DNA from: Candidatus Micrarchaeota archaeon
GTDB lineage: Archaea > Micrarchaeota > Micrarchaeia > Anstonellales > Bilamarchaeaceae
Direction of reading: 5' to 3'
DNA length: 47,402 nucleotides
Assembly: GCA_029557835.1 (NCBI GenBank)
Contig: JAKQHW010000060.1
Location: 1 to 47,402, forward strand
Part shown: positions 38,191 to 47,167 of the stretch, piece after piece
Layout of the letters: the number at the start of each line of letters is the position of its first letter
Position numbering within the stretch: the stretch's first letter is position 1
The notes under the pieces: model-generated
Told to the model about the DNA's origin: nothing
The model's database searches: none
Seen by the model: the letters and a program-made list of their open reading frames with translations, nothing else
Program-made: the position numbers and the translations under genes

Positions 38191-39432
38191 ATGTCAAAGC
38201 CGTGGTTAAATTCCTTTTTAGAGAAGGCTAGTCCTGTCAAAGAAAGAGTACAACTAGAAAAGATTTTGGCGGATGAATTGATCAAAAATGTCTATAATTT
38301 TGATCTCAGCAGCTATGGCGAAAAGCAAGAAGTAGAAAGAAGAAAACTGCTAGCAAGCGCATTTGATTTACTTATAGCGGCCGAGTATTATCGCGGGGTT
38401 TCTCATTCTGGTTGGATTTACTGTCCTGACAAAACGCCATATTTATTCTACCCATATACAAACTGTTGCCCCAGATGCGTTTTGAAAAATGTATTTGTCT
38501 TCCACGAATCAAACAAATTAGAATCAGGTAGTATCGGCTCTTCGACATCTAGGCTATTATGCATTTTTCTAAAATCAATATTTGAGTATAAGAAAAAAGA
38601 GATTGAAGTACTAAAAAGTGTAGAACCAGTTGATGTCATTATTAGGGATAAGAAGAATAAATATGTTTTTTTGGCTGAAATAAAGGCTTCTCCTTTAGTT
38701 ACTCCGCCCCTATGCGCAACTTCTCAGCGCCTCACCGAAGAAACTGCAGGCACATCCGTAGAACGCGGCCATTCAAGTTCGGATAATTCTCATTTATATG
38801 GATCAGAGATTCATTTAATGATACCAGCCAAGAAAAACGATAAATGGGTAACAAAATACTTCAATATCGGAATTAGAGCTAATTTAAAGGATGAGGACTG
38901 GGCTTATCGCGGAATGCTTGAATTACTAAAAAATGACAAGAACTTTTTTGGTGAATTTTACTCATTCTGGAAAGAAGCATTTTCATACTGTTACCCAAAA
39001 AAACAGCAAGATATTTTTTGGCTAACAAATGCGTGTGGCGCCCCTTACCCAATACCTAGTGATTGGCCTGGCAGACGGAGAGGTGGCGGCTTTGAAACCA
39101 TATCAGATTCAAAAACTAGCGTAGGTTTAGACAGAACAGATGATATCAAGAAAGGCATATACCAAGTCTTGAAGATTGGGTCTGAAGCCAAGCCAATAAC
39201 TTCAGATTGGGCGCTTAAAGTAGGCCTAATATCAAATATACATCCAGTTCGACACTTTTCTGAATATCTCGCTTCACTAAAGGACATTGTTTGGACCAGC
39301 TACCCGAAACCAGTTCGCAAAGCTGGTGATCTGCCTTCAGAAAAAGACATATACAATTTGTTTGATGGAATAATTTCGCTGACCGATACAATAGTACGGG
39401 ATGATTGGGTTAAACAAACATTTAAGTTCTGA
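38191..39432 (+). CDS. Putative type II restriction endonuclease
   Basis: PD-(D/E)xK-like VDVIIRD...LAEIKAS; CCPRC; directly upstream of a methylase; AT-rich. Confidence 0.65.
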   Translation: MSKPWLNSFLEKASPVKERVQLEKILADELIKNVYNFDLSSYGEKQEVERRKLLASAFDLLIAAEYYRGVSHSGWIYCPDKTPYLFYPYTNCCPRCVLKNVFVFHESNKLESGSIGSSTSRLLCIFLKSIFEYKKKEIEVLKSVEPVDVIIRDKKNKYVFLAEIKASPLVTPPLCATSQRLTEETAGTSVERGHSSSDNSHLYGSEIHLMIPAKKNDKWVTKYFNIGIRANLKDEDWAYRGMLELLKNDKNFFGEFYSFWKEAFSYCYPKKQQDIFWLTNACGAPYPIPSDWPGRRRGGGFETISDSKTSVGLDRTDDIKKGIYQVLKIGSEAKPITSDWALKVGLISNIHPVRHFSEYLASLKDIVWTSYPKPVRKAGDLPSEKDIYNLFDGIISLTDTIVRDDWVKQTFKF

Positions 39433-39440
39433 GGCGACGT

Positions 39441-41234
39441 ATGCAATTAAATCATGAAGAACTAGCGTTTCTAAAAATCAGAGCCAACGTAGCATTAGAT
39501 GGAGATATCCAACTCGCAGAAAATGAGGTAATTAGCTTATTCGATGCCGTCAAAAGAGTACAAATTGTTTCTGAGCTTCCAAAAGAATGGATGTGGGCGT
39601 CTAAGTATTTCACTGGAGCCAAAAGAAAGAATTCACTCATGGGTTTTTTATGCTCAAAAAAGAAATACTCTATTCTTGATACTGTAAGAAAACTAAGTTT
39701 TATTGAAGAAGTTTGGTTCGATAAATGCTCGGCTGATACTATAAGCTCACAAAATTATGATTGGCTTACTACTATAACGAATTGCAAGGGTGGACAACTA
39801 GAATGTGCGATACCTTTAATGGCAGCAGCGGAATTACTTTCTAAGACAAAAAAAATTGATACCGAACAGCTAAATGAAACCAATTTAGTAAATCTATTGA
39901 TTACGAATGAAGAAAATGGAGATATCCATGATAGTCTTATTGACAGCAAATCTAAATTAACTCCATCTTCAATTCCGCATGTACACCGTTTGCACAAATA
40001 TAAAGCAAAATTCTTTCCACGGATGATTCGTTCTTTGCTAAATACAGTTTCAAACGATGCACCTCGGATGGACGGAAATCACATAATGATACTAGATCCG
40101 TTTGTGGGTAGTGGCACTACGCTAGTGGAAGCTGCATTACTGGGATGTCCTAGCACCGGTATAGATATAGACCCCTTATCCTGTTTGATTTCAGAATCTA
40201 AGATATATCTCCTAAATAGTGATTTTCGTGATATTAGATCAGCATGTCATAGCATCATTGACTTACATAAAGAAATTAATCCTAATAGAGAAAATGGTAC
40301 TCCTTACAAATTTCCTAAAGTGATAAGCAAAAAATTTGATAAATGGGGAACAATAGAAGAAAAAGAAGCATATGAAAATGAGATTGATACGTGGAGAGCA
40401 ACAATATCCACTATCAAGGAAAAAAGGATTAGAGATCTATTCTTTGTGTGCCTAAGTGATAGTCTAACCAGAAAGTTTAATATCAGAATGATGGGTACTG
40501 GCGTAGGCAGATTTGCATTGGAGATATCATCAAAGGGCATAACCAGTATGATGTATCAAAATATTGAGCATTTGATGAGATCGAGTTTTACATGCAACCA
40601 GTTAAGAATCGCTTACTCTCTTCGCCTCCCATCTGCAGAAGTAAAACAAGGAGACGCAAGAAAAATGGATGTAAAAGACGAATCGAAGAGCATAATTTTG
40701 ACTTCGCCACCTTATTTGCCTGCATCTTCCGGAAGAGAAAATTACTTAACTGGGAAATCTATTTCAATCACTGCGTTGGGCCTACTTGATGAAAAAGAAT
40801 TACTACAATATGATGAGAATAGTTTAGGGTCTATGAAAGCAAATTCTTCAGCCAATAAAGATGGTATCCCGGAAGCCGTATACGATTTATTTGAATGGTT
40901 AAAGAAGGATGAATCTAGGGCACTTAAAGCCGAACCAATATTGGCATATTACCAAGACATCAAAGCGGCATTAGAAGAAACTTATCGCGTTTTGATGCCA
41001 GGCGGCCTGGCAATTTATGTAATCGGGAAAGAAAGTGTTTTTTATCAGTTTTCTACTAGAAAAGTGCTACGCCGTGTGATGTGCGACCAAATATTCATAG
41101 AACTTGCAAAAAACGCAGGCTTTGAAGTTGTTAAACAAATTGATATAGAGCTCGATAAAAGGAATCGAAACGCTAGACCTCGCTCTAAAGACTCGTACTT
41201 CGAATCAGCTATAATTATAAAAAAACCTAGATAA
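39441..41234 (+). CDS. Amino-DNA methyltransferase (N4C-like)
   Basis: HRLHKYKAKFFP, LDPFVGSGTT, GIDIDP, LTSPPY. Confidence 0.9.
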   Translation: MQLNHEELAFLKIRANVALDGDIQLAENEVISLFDAVKRVQIVSELPKEWMWASKYFTGAKRKNSLMGFLCSKKKYSILDTVRKLSFIEEVWFDKCSADTISSQNYDWLTTITNCKGGQLECAIPLMAAAELLSKTKKIDTEQLNETNLVNLLITNEENGDIHDSLIDSKSKLTPSSIPHVHRLHKYKAKFFPRMIRSLLNTVSNDAPRMDGNHIMILDPFVGSGTTLVEAALLGCPSTGIDIDPLSCLISESKIYLLNSDFRDIRSACHSIIDLHKEINPNRENGTPYKFPKVISKKFDKWGTIEEKEAYENEIDTWRATISTIKEKRIRDLFFVCLSDSLTRKFNIRMMGTGVGRFALEISSKGITSMMYQNIEHLMRSSFTCNQLRIAYSLRLPSAEVKQGDARKMDVKDESKSIILTSPPYLPASSGRENYLTGKSISITALGLLDEKELLQYDENSLGSMKANSSANKDGIPEAVYDLFEWLKKDESRALKAEPILAYYQDIKAALEETYRVLMPGGLAIYVIGKESVFYQFSTRKVLRRVMCDQIFIELAKNAGFEVVKQIDIELDKRNRNARPRSKDSYFESAIIIKKPR

Positions 41235-41259
41235 CCGAACAAATAGATGTGATAAATCA

Positions 41260-42663
41260 TTACTCATTAAGTAAATTTGATAAATCACCGGCGATTGAAC
41301 GTTTTCTTGAAGAACGCTCAGTAGCTTGCAAAAGTTGTAACATTTCATTTTCCTTAATCATATAAAACGAGTTTCGTATTTGGGGAACCTTCTTATCTTG
41401 TAAAAATTTGCTATTGAAAATCTGACCAAAGGACCATTCTAAAGAAGAACTCTCGTATCTAAGGTCTTTATTTCTAATCATATCCAAGTATCTTTCCAAT
41501 AGTATGGCCAATGAGCTAATTGGGATGAATACTACACATTCTCCATCCATAAGTTTGTCTTCAAAACGTTTACAAAAATCTTCGAGTTTGCTTTGATCTG
41601 CAAAATTCAAGCCTACAAAAGCCAAAGTAACTTTTACATTATTACCAATGTTCCTGGCACTAACTAGGTAATTTTCATATTTCTCTGATATCGCTTTTTT
41701 CAAATCGGTTTCGGTTTCAAACTTTGAATCAACCAAAACTAAAAATTCTTTTTGATTAGATGCATTCCTAACATAAAAAGCCGTATCCGGCACTGCTTCT
41801 CCAGAAGAATGATGGCCCCCCTCTTCAAGGTTCAATAGAAAAATATGGTCAAAGGCTACCTTCGTCAAATTCTCAAAATCAACCCAATTTTCCTTACCGT
41901 TCCGCTTCATCCATCTTGCCAGATTTAATGCATTTAGGATATAACGAGGATTAGTACTCGCATTGCTGACCATCACCTTTATTTTTTCGTCTTTTAAGGT
42001 ATCAAAAAATAATTTTTCTTCTTCTAAAATTTTCAAAGTAAATGAAACGTCACCATCAAGTTCCTTTATGTTTTTTCCATCAATTTTTGAATATGACGAA
42101 ACTAATCTAACTGCTGTAGTAAGGTATTGCATTTTCTCAAGAAATTCGTGCATCTCTTCGTTTTCAGAATCGATAAAAAGGATATTCATTTTTCTGCCTA
42201 TAGATTTTTTTAAAAAATCTATTAACAATTTATCATCATCGCTGAAAATAAAGAAAAAAGATGCATCAAAACCATCTAGAGAACCATCCATAACTGCGAA
42301 ATTTGAATTTGCATCCCAAAGTTTGGTGCTTTCCAAGCGTCTGTTAGGGAGAATTACTTTTATGAACCGCATTAATACCTTCTGAAAATCAATAGATAGT
42401 TCGGTCAAATCTAAAATATTGATTTCATTACTATGCGTTTTGCAAGTAACTGTCACGATATCCCCAGAACGACTGGATTTTACCTCGTTATTGCAATCAT
42501 CTTCCAAGCAGTGCGTTGGTTTTACTAATTTCTCGTGCAAGTAACCGTTATCTACTAGATATTTCAGCCGATTCGGAGCGATTAGATTCGTTGCCTCGCG
42601 ATATCTTCTAGCATATCTAAACTCTTTAAGAAGTATTTGAATTTCTGCTACATCAATAGGCAT
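41260..42663 (-). CDS. Hypothetical protein with C-terminal PD-(D/E)xK nuclease-like domain
   Basis: WVDFENLTKVAF, VPDTAF...LVDSK; N-terminal C-x4-C...C-x2-H; GGTGA RBS before ATG 42663. Confidence 0.65.
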   Translation of the reverse strand: MPIDVAEIQILLKEFRYARRYREATNLIAPNRLKYLVDNGYLHEKLVKPTHCLEDDCNNEVKSSRSGDIVTVTCKTHSNEINILDLTELSIDFQKVLMRFIKVILPNRRLESTKLWDANSNFAVMDGSLDGFDASFFFIFSDDDKLLIDFLKKSIGRKMNILFIDSENEEMHEFLEKMQYLTTAVRLVSSYSKIDGKNIKELDGDVSFTLKILEEEKLFFDTLKDEKIKVMVSNASTNPRYILNALNLARWMKRNGKENWVDFENLTKVAFDHIFLLNLEEGGHHSSGEAVPDTAFYVRNASNQKEFLVLVDSKFETETDLKKAISEKYENYLVSARNIGNNVKVTLAFVGLNFADQSKLEDFCKRFEDKLMDGECVVFIPISSLAILLERYLDMIRNKDLRYESSSLEWSFGQIFNSKFLQDKKVPQIRNSFYMIKENEMLQLLQATERSSRKRSIAGDLSNLLNE

Positions 42664-43849
42664 TTGTTTCACCAGAGAATAACCTGACTGCGGATTTTTC
42701 ACAATCTTCCATGTCACTGATACAATGGGCCGTTTTTCCTATCCGGACTGTTTTCCCATTAAGCGAAACAATGAATGTCCTCTCAGAAGTTTTGGACAAT
42801 AGATCATGCGCACCCTTCAAAAAACCGGGCGCAGTTTTCTCAGCCTGATCAAAGTCTTCAACATCCACGGAGACATCGTGATAGCCGCTGCTGTCCCTAA
42901 TCGTAAAACCTCTATATTCTATCTTGTCTAGTGCCCCTACTATTCTTTCCTTTTCTTCTTGTTTTATTTTCAATTTATCAAGAGTCTTCTTTGCTTCTGC
43001 AATTGAGGATTTAACAATACTCTGCCCTATGGTCTCTAGTTTGCCCGTCTTGCCCATCGCTTCTTTGAGTTCCTTAGTTATTCTTTTCTGTAGTTTTTCG
43101 CTATTATATTCAACTCTCCATCCTGTTTCAAATAACAAATTAAGTATGCCATCAGATAACTCTCGATCCGGTATGCTGCTAACATATTTCAGTTCTTCAC
43201 CCTCACCGACTATTTCAAAGTCTGAAAATCTCAACGGATATGCGACTGTCCAGACCACTGAAAAATTTTGATTAGAACGGATATCTCGGTTATTAGCCCT
43301 GAAGTTAAATTGAGGAATCTTTCTAGAGCCATATTCCGAATAAATGCGTAGCTTCAGGTTATTTTTTTCCAAAACAACCGGTTCAATCCATAGTTTAGAG
43401 ATATGGCCAACGTTCCATTGCTGCGTAAAATTCTGCAATGTACGTTCGATGTTATCTAGGTTCTTTCTTTTGCCGACCAGAGTTGTCCCTGACAGAACAG
43501 TAGTACTTTTTACCTGAGCTTGCTCAAGTATTTTATTTGCATGCTCCTCAGTATGTGTAGTTATAAGAAAAATTAGGATATCGTCCTTAGTCCGGATACT
43601 ATCAATATTATCAAATTTATCGCGAAAGAGGGTAACAAGCGCTTTTTTTACTTTATTTACGCTGATGCGTGACCCAACAATCTTTTTCCAAACGATGAGT
43701 ACGCTCTCTAGTTTCGTTTGATCCAGACTCAATAAAGAATCAACAAGTACTCTGCCTTTTGGTTGCTGCCCAGTAATAACTGTGAATAAGATCTTCCTAT
43801 TACTTGCACGGATTCTTCTCAGCAAACCCTCTTTTTCTTCGTACTGCAT
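42653..43849 (-). CDS. Hypothetical protein (398 aa)
   Basis: Long ORF in AT-rich DNA, 11-nt overlap with the downstream nuclease-like gene. Confidence 0.8.
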   Translation of the reverse strand: MQYEEKEGLLRRIRASNRKILFTVITGQQPKGRVLVDSLLSLDQTKLESVLIVWKKIVGSRISVNKVKKALVTLFRDKFDNIDSIRTKDDILIFLITTHTEEHANKILEQAQVKSTTVLSGTTLVGKRKNLDNIERTLQNFTQQWNVGHISKLWIEPVVLEKNNLKLRIYSEYGSRKIPQFNFRANNRDIRSNQNFSVVWTVAYPLRFSDFEIVGEGEELKYVSSIPDRELSDGILNLLFETGWRVEYNSEKLQKRITKELKEAMGKTGKLETIGQSIVKSSIAEAKKTLDKLKIKQEEKERIVGALDKIEYRGFTIRDSSGYHDVSVDVEDFDQAEKTAPGFLKGAHDLLSKTSERTFIVSLNGKTVRIGKTAHCISDMEDCEKSAVRLFSGETNAY

Positions 43850-43898
43850 AGAGCCATTTCCGTTCTTTATTTTAAATATTTAACTTTTCTCGCAAAAT

Positions 43899-44285
43899 TC
43901 ATTTTCCGCGTATTCCCTTGAGGAAATTGTCTGTTATCACTCTATTCCGTGCTATTTCGGACCTCTGCTTCCTCACATTTTCCCGACTGGTCTTTATGTT
44001 CTCAAGATCCAACTGTCCGCTTATTTTACGAACTTCCCTGGCCGTACGCTCTCTTTCCCTCTCCAGTTTGAGCTTTTCGGCCTCGACTCTAGTATCTGCG
44101 TTATACTTCCTTATCCAAGTATTAATCCCAAAAGTGATCAGCCCACATATGAAAGCAAGGGCAGAAGCGGGCAGCAAAAAAGACATTTGAGGTTGGGAAA
44201 TGGCTCCGAGCAGGGCAATTGCTGAGACGATCATACAACCTGCCGGAACATTCTGAATTGTGAGTATCTTTTCGAGATTATTCAC
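43899..44285 (-). CDS. Small two-TM protein with coiled-coil tail
   Basis: Two hydrophobic helices then EKLKLERERERTARE; AGGAAG RBS-like before GTG. Confidence 0.65.
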   Translation of the reverse strand: MNNLEKILTIQNVPAGCMIVSAIALLGAISQPQMSFLLPASALAFICGLITFGINTWIRKYNADTRVEAEKLKLERERERTAREVRKISGQLDLENIKTSRENVRKQRSEIARNRVITDNFLKGIRGK

Positions 44286-44441
44286 TTCCTAGCACCTATC
44301 CTAATTGGTATTACGGGTTATTTGTTTATTTTACTTCGCTCTGCATGGCAACTGTCCTCCAAACCTGAATAGTGGCATCACCGGAAGGGAGGTCTCCCCG
44401 GCTTTATAAGGAAAGTGCGAGCATTCTGCGTGGGGATTGTG

Positions 44442-44735
44442 ATGAAAGCAGATGAAGAAACAGTGGCTAAGGTCTGGGAAAAAGGAAAGCGGGTTCCGGG
44501 AATAGATCCGGCTAAATGGAGAAAAGACGATTGCAATGCTTGGATTCTGCGCAGTGCATACGGGGACCGCAACTCTGATTACGGATGGGAAATAGACCAT
44601 ATAAACGCTGGGGGAAATGATGACCTGTCCAATAAGCGACCTCTGCAGTGGAAGAACAATGTTGACAAAAGCGATGGCCGCCTCAAATGCAACGTTACGT
44701 CTCAAGGTTCGAGCAATGTAGGGACGGGGCAGTAG
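44442..44735 (+). CDS. Stand-alone HNH endonuclease family protein
   Basis: VWEKG..WRKDDC..YGWEIDHI..GGNDDLSNKRPLQWKNN. Confidence 0.85.
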   Translation: MKADEETVAKVWEKGKRVPGIDPAKWRKDDCNAWILRSAYGDRNSDYGWEIDHINAGGNDDLSNKRPLQWKNNVDKSDGRLKCNVTSQGSSNVGTGQ

Positions 44736-44742
44736 TGATTTC

Positions 44743-44952
44743 TTGACAAACTATATCGTATTGGAAGTCGGAAAATCGGTCAGAACTGAGTTTTTGATGA
44801 AAAGCGGGGAGTTCGGGGAAACCGAAGACGCGGTCGTTATCGGCAGGGTGGAAGCGGGTTCAAAAGAAGAAGCAATTGACCTTGCCATATCCCTCCCTTA
44901 CTGCAAAAACAGGGAATTTGACAACCTTGTCGCGTATGAAATTAGTGGTTAG
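44743..44952 (+). CDS. Small hypothetical protein
   Basis: 69-aa ORF with TTG start immediately after the HNH gene. Confidence 0.5.
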   Translation: MTNYIVLEVGKSVRTEFLMKSGEFGETEDAVVIGRVEAGSKEEAIDLAISLPYCKNREFDNLVAYEISG

Positions 44953-45041
44953 CGCGAGTTGCGGACTACCTAGAAATTATTCAGATGGTTTTGAGACAGT
45001 TTTGAGATAGTTTTCTGAATAGCCATTGAGAAACAGGACAT

Positions 45042-45348
45042 GGTCGCTCGTTCTCGCCTTTCGGCGTGCTCGTTTTATTTCTTTGCCCTTCGCTCAGGCT
45101 GAAAAGCACTTAAAGTTCCAGCCCTGCGGGTTCGCTCAGGAGAGCGAAAACTTTAATGTGCATTTCGCCTTCGCTCCGGGCACGCTACTGCTAAAGAGAA
45201 TAATAACTCGCACCGAACGAGCGACCTCTGCTTCTGCGACGTGGGGAAGTTTTGCTCGCTTCACTCCTTCCAGCCCTTAGAACGTGAAATGGCGGGCTTC
45301 GGAGTGAAGCTCGCTCTAAAACTTCCCCGAAAGGAGAAGCCGGGGAAG
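45042..45348. other. Highly base-paired non-coding element (ncRNA or ssDNA structure)
   Basis: Nested IRs: 45042-53/45215-26 (12 bp), 45243-53/45318-28 (11 bp), 45258-67/45301-10 (10 bp), 45131-48 hairpin. Confidence 0.6.
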
Positions 45349-45449
45349 GGAAGTGGTGAAAAACATGGAAGAAAATGGGAAAACTGAGGTCGATGAAAGG
45401 AAGTGGGCGCTCTACGAGCAGAGCCGCGAAGTCGGAAAATGGTGATGCC

Positions 45450-45812
45450 ATGCAGAATTTCAAGAATTTGAAGGTTTATGAGGAGGCCTTCCGTCTGTCA
45501 AAGGACATTTTCGAGTTCATGGAAGACAAGCAGATGAGCCGGAGGGCGAAGGAGCAGCTCCTTGCCTCCGCGTCTTCCATCTGCGCGAACCTGGCTGAAA
45601 TGGGCGCTATAGACTCCAGGAAGGCACAAAATCAAAAGTTAGTCACTTGTATCGGAGAGGCCAATGAGACCGAGTATTGGCTGGATTTGTGCAATTCCCT
45701 GAAGATTATCCCGCAGAGGGAGCATCTCAATTTCATGTCTTGCCTAGTGCGCATCCGTTCAATGCTCTGCAAGCTGAAAAAATCGATTGAAAGGGGTGAT
45801 GACGATGATTAG
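45450..45812 (+). CDS. Four-helix-bundle protein (23S rRNA IVS protein/Avd-like family)
   Basis: FKNLKVYEEA, QLLASASSICANLAE, GEANETEYWL; GGTGA RBS. Confidence 0.88.
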   Translation: MQNFKNLKVYEEAFRLSKDIFEFMEDKQMSRRAKEQLLASASSICANLAEMGAIDSRKAQNQKLVTCIGEANETEYWLDLCNSLKIIPQREHLNFMSCLVRIRSMLCKLKKSIERGDDDD

Positions 45813-46029
45813 GTAGGAAATTTGAAATGGAAAGGAAGGAGGCTGAAATAAGCCCCAAAACGAGGAACCGGAACGATATAACAGGAAACCGGCTCTCGCC
45901 GCGGCTTTTTCGGCCGTTACCTGACGCGTCTCGTGAAACAGACGTGCCTAGCGGAGCATGTGTTCGGAAACATGCTCCCTAAAAGCATAAAAACATCAAG
46001 AAAAAATATCAAGAAATGAGGTGAAAAAC

Positions 46030-46197
46030 ATGACGGATTTCAAAAACCACAGGGCCCAAAACCCAAGATATTTGAAACCCCCTAAAAATGGGCTAAAAAA
46101 GGAAGAAGGAAAACCTAATTGTACAGACGTAAATACTGGCAACCGGAAACCCGAAACCGGAAGCAAAATTAATGAGAGTGGGCCCGCGGAGATTTGA
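46030..46197 (+). CDS. Short ORF, candidate N-terminal fragment of integrase 1
   Basis: GAGGTGA RBS, ATG 46030, 55 aa running into the att core (..NESGPAEI*) in the same codon phase as integrase 1 at the left att. Confidence 0.45.
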   Translation: MTDFKNHRAQNPRYLKPPKNGLKKEEGKPNCTDVNTGNRKPETGSKINESGPAEI

Positions 46198-46207
46198 ACT
46201 CCGGACC
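46179..46207 (-). repeat. tRNA 3' fragment (att site)
   Basis: Minus strand reads GGTC-CGGAG-TTCAAAT-CTCCG-CGGGCCC-A: T-arm, acceptor 3' strand and discriminator; no 5' half next to it; Val/Ile-like acceptor. Confidence 0.8.
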
Positions 46208-47129
46208 AGACGCCTGCGTATCAATCATTCCACGAAGTGAGGACGCTGGGTTTCCCGTTCCGGGTTTTCAGTTTCCGGCATGTGGTGAAGCACACTCACT
46301 TCCGGCAAGGCAGATCTCAAGGGAATTGACCAAAAATTGGCCTCAAATCAAGGAGCAAATTTCTTTCCTTGGGCAGCACCTCACCAAATGGAATTTAGTA
46401 AAGACGATTGGAATACTCTCCGAGGCGCGCAAGAGCCGCTTTTTGCGCAGGAAGACGCCCAAGTACGGCTCAATGAACAAGGGCTTTACGGAAGAGGAAT
46501 TAGAAGCCTTTTTCAGCGTTATAGATGAGCCGAAGGCGCACTTGCTTTTTTCTTTTCAGGCAATTCTGGGGCTTCGCATAGGGGAAGCCATAAGGGTTAA
46601 TGTGAGTGACATTAACCTGCGCAGCCGCGAGCTGCGCATCTTTACGGAGAAAAGCCATAAGACCGATTACCTACTTATGCCTGAGAAGCTCTTTGACAGC
46701 GTCCTTCGCTATATCGGTTCTTATGAGACGGACATCGCCAGGGCGGATGGCTTCCTTTTTTTCTCATTCAGCCACGGAAGGAGGACCGAAACAACGGAGC
46801 CGCACATCACCACCGAAACCGCAAGGAAGATGTTCGTGCAATACGTCAGGAAAGCCAAGCTGGACATGGCGTATGGGTACAGCGTTGGGAAAAACCCCAA
46901 AACCCTGTATCGGCTGAGCACGCACAGCCTGCGGCACCACGCGATTACCAATTTCTGCAGGAAGAATGGGGGAAACGTGGTCCTTGCCTCCAAGTTTGCG
47001 CGGCATACCGACCTGCAAACCACGATGGTTTACGTGCATACTGCGAAGAACGAGCTTTACGAGAGCATAGAAAGGGCGAACAATGATGAACTTCTGGAGA
47101 AGGTGAGGAAGATGCAGGAGGGGATTTAA
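46194..47129 (+). CDS. Tyrosine recombinase/integrase 2
   Basis: GLRIGE, HSLRH, ARH, TMVY; close paralog of integrase 1 with identical C-terminal 30 aa; frame opens inside the tRNA fragment with no early ATG. Confidence 0.92.
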   Translation: MNSGPDACVSIIPRSEDAGFPVPGFQFPACGEAHSLPARQISRELTKNWPQIKEQISFLGQHLTKWNLVKTIGILSEARKSRFLRRKTPKYGSMNKGFTEEELEAFFSVIDEPKAHLLFSFQAILGLRIGEAIRVNVSDINLRSRELRIFTEKSHKTDYLLMPEKLFDSVLRYIGSYETDIARADGFLFFSFSHGRRTETTEPHITTETARKMFVQYVRKAKLDMAYGYSVGKNPKTLYRLSTHSLRHHAITNFCRKNGGNVVLASKFARHTDLQTTMVYVHTAKNELYESIERANNDELLEKVRKMQEGI

Positions 47130-47167
47130 AATAAAATGAGCAAGTAAACTATGGTGGTGTCACTCAT

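Larger units (their letters stand above)
37192..46195. mobile_element. tRNA-targeting integrative element 1 (about 9 kb defence island)
   Basis: Bounded by imperfect direct repeats of a tRNA 3' end; integrase at left edge; abrupt AT-rich cargo 38.15-44.3 kb. Confidence 0.75.

Noticed and set aside
44988..45018. CRISPR array (GTTTTGAG repeat start)
   Set aside because: Units are 11 bp, directly adjacent, with no spacers and no cas genes
45042..45812. Diversity-generating retroelement (Avd-like gene plus structured RNA)
   Set aside because: No reverse transcriptase and no TR/VR repeat pair seen in the window
46179..46260. Complete tRNA gene
   Set aside because: Only the T-arm and acceptor 3' strand are present; no D-arm or GGGCCCG 5' strand nearby, so treated as an att fragment
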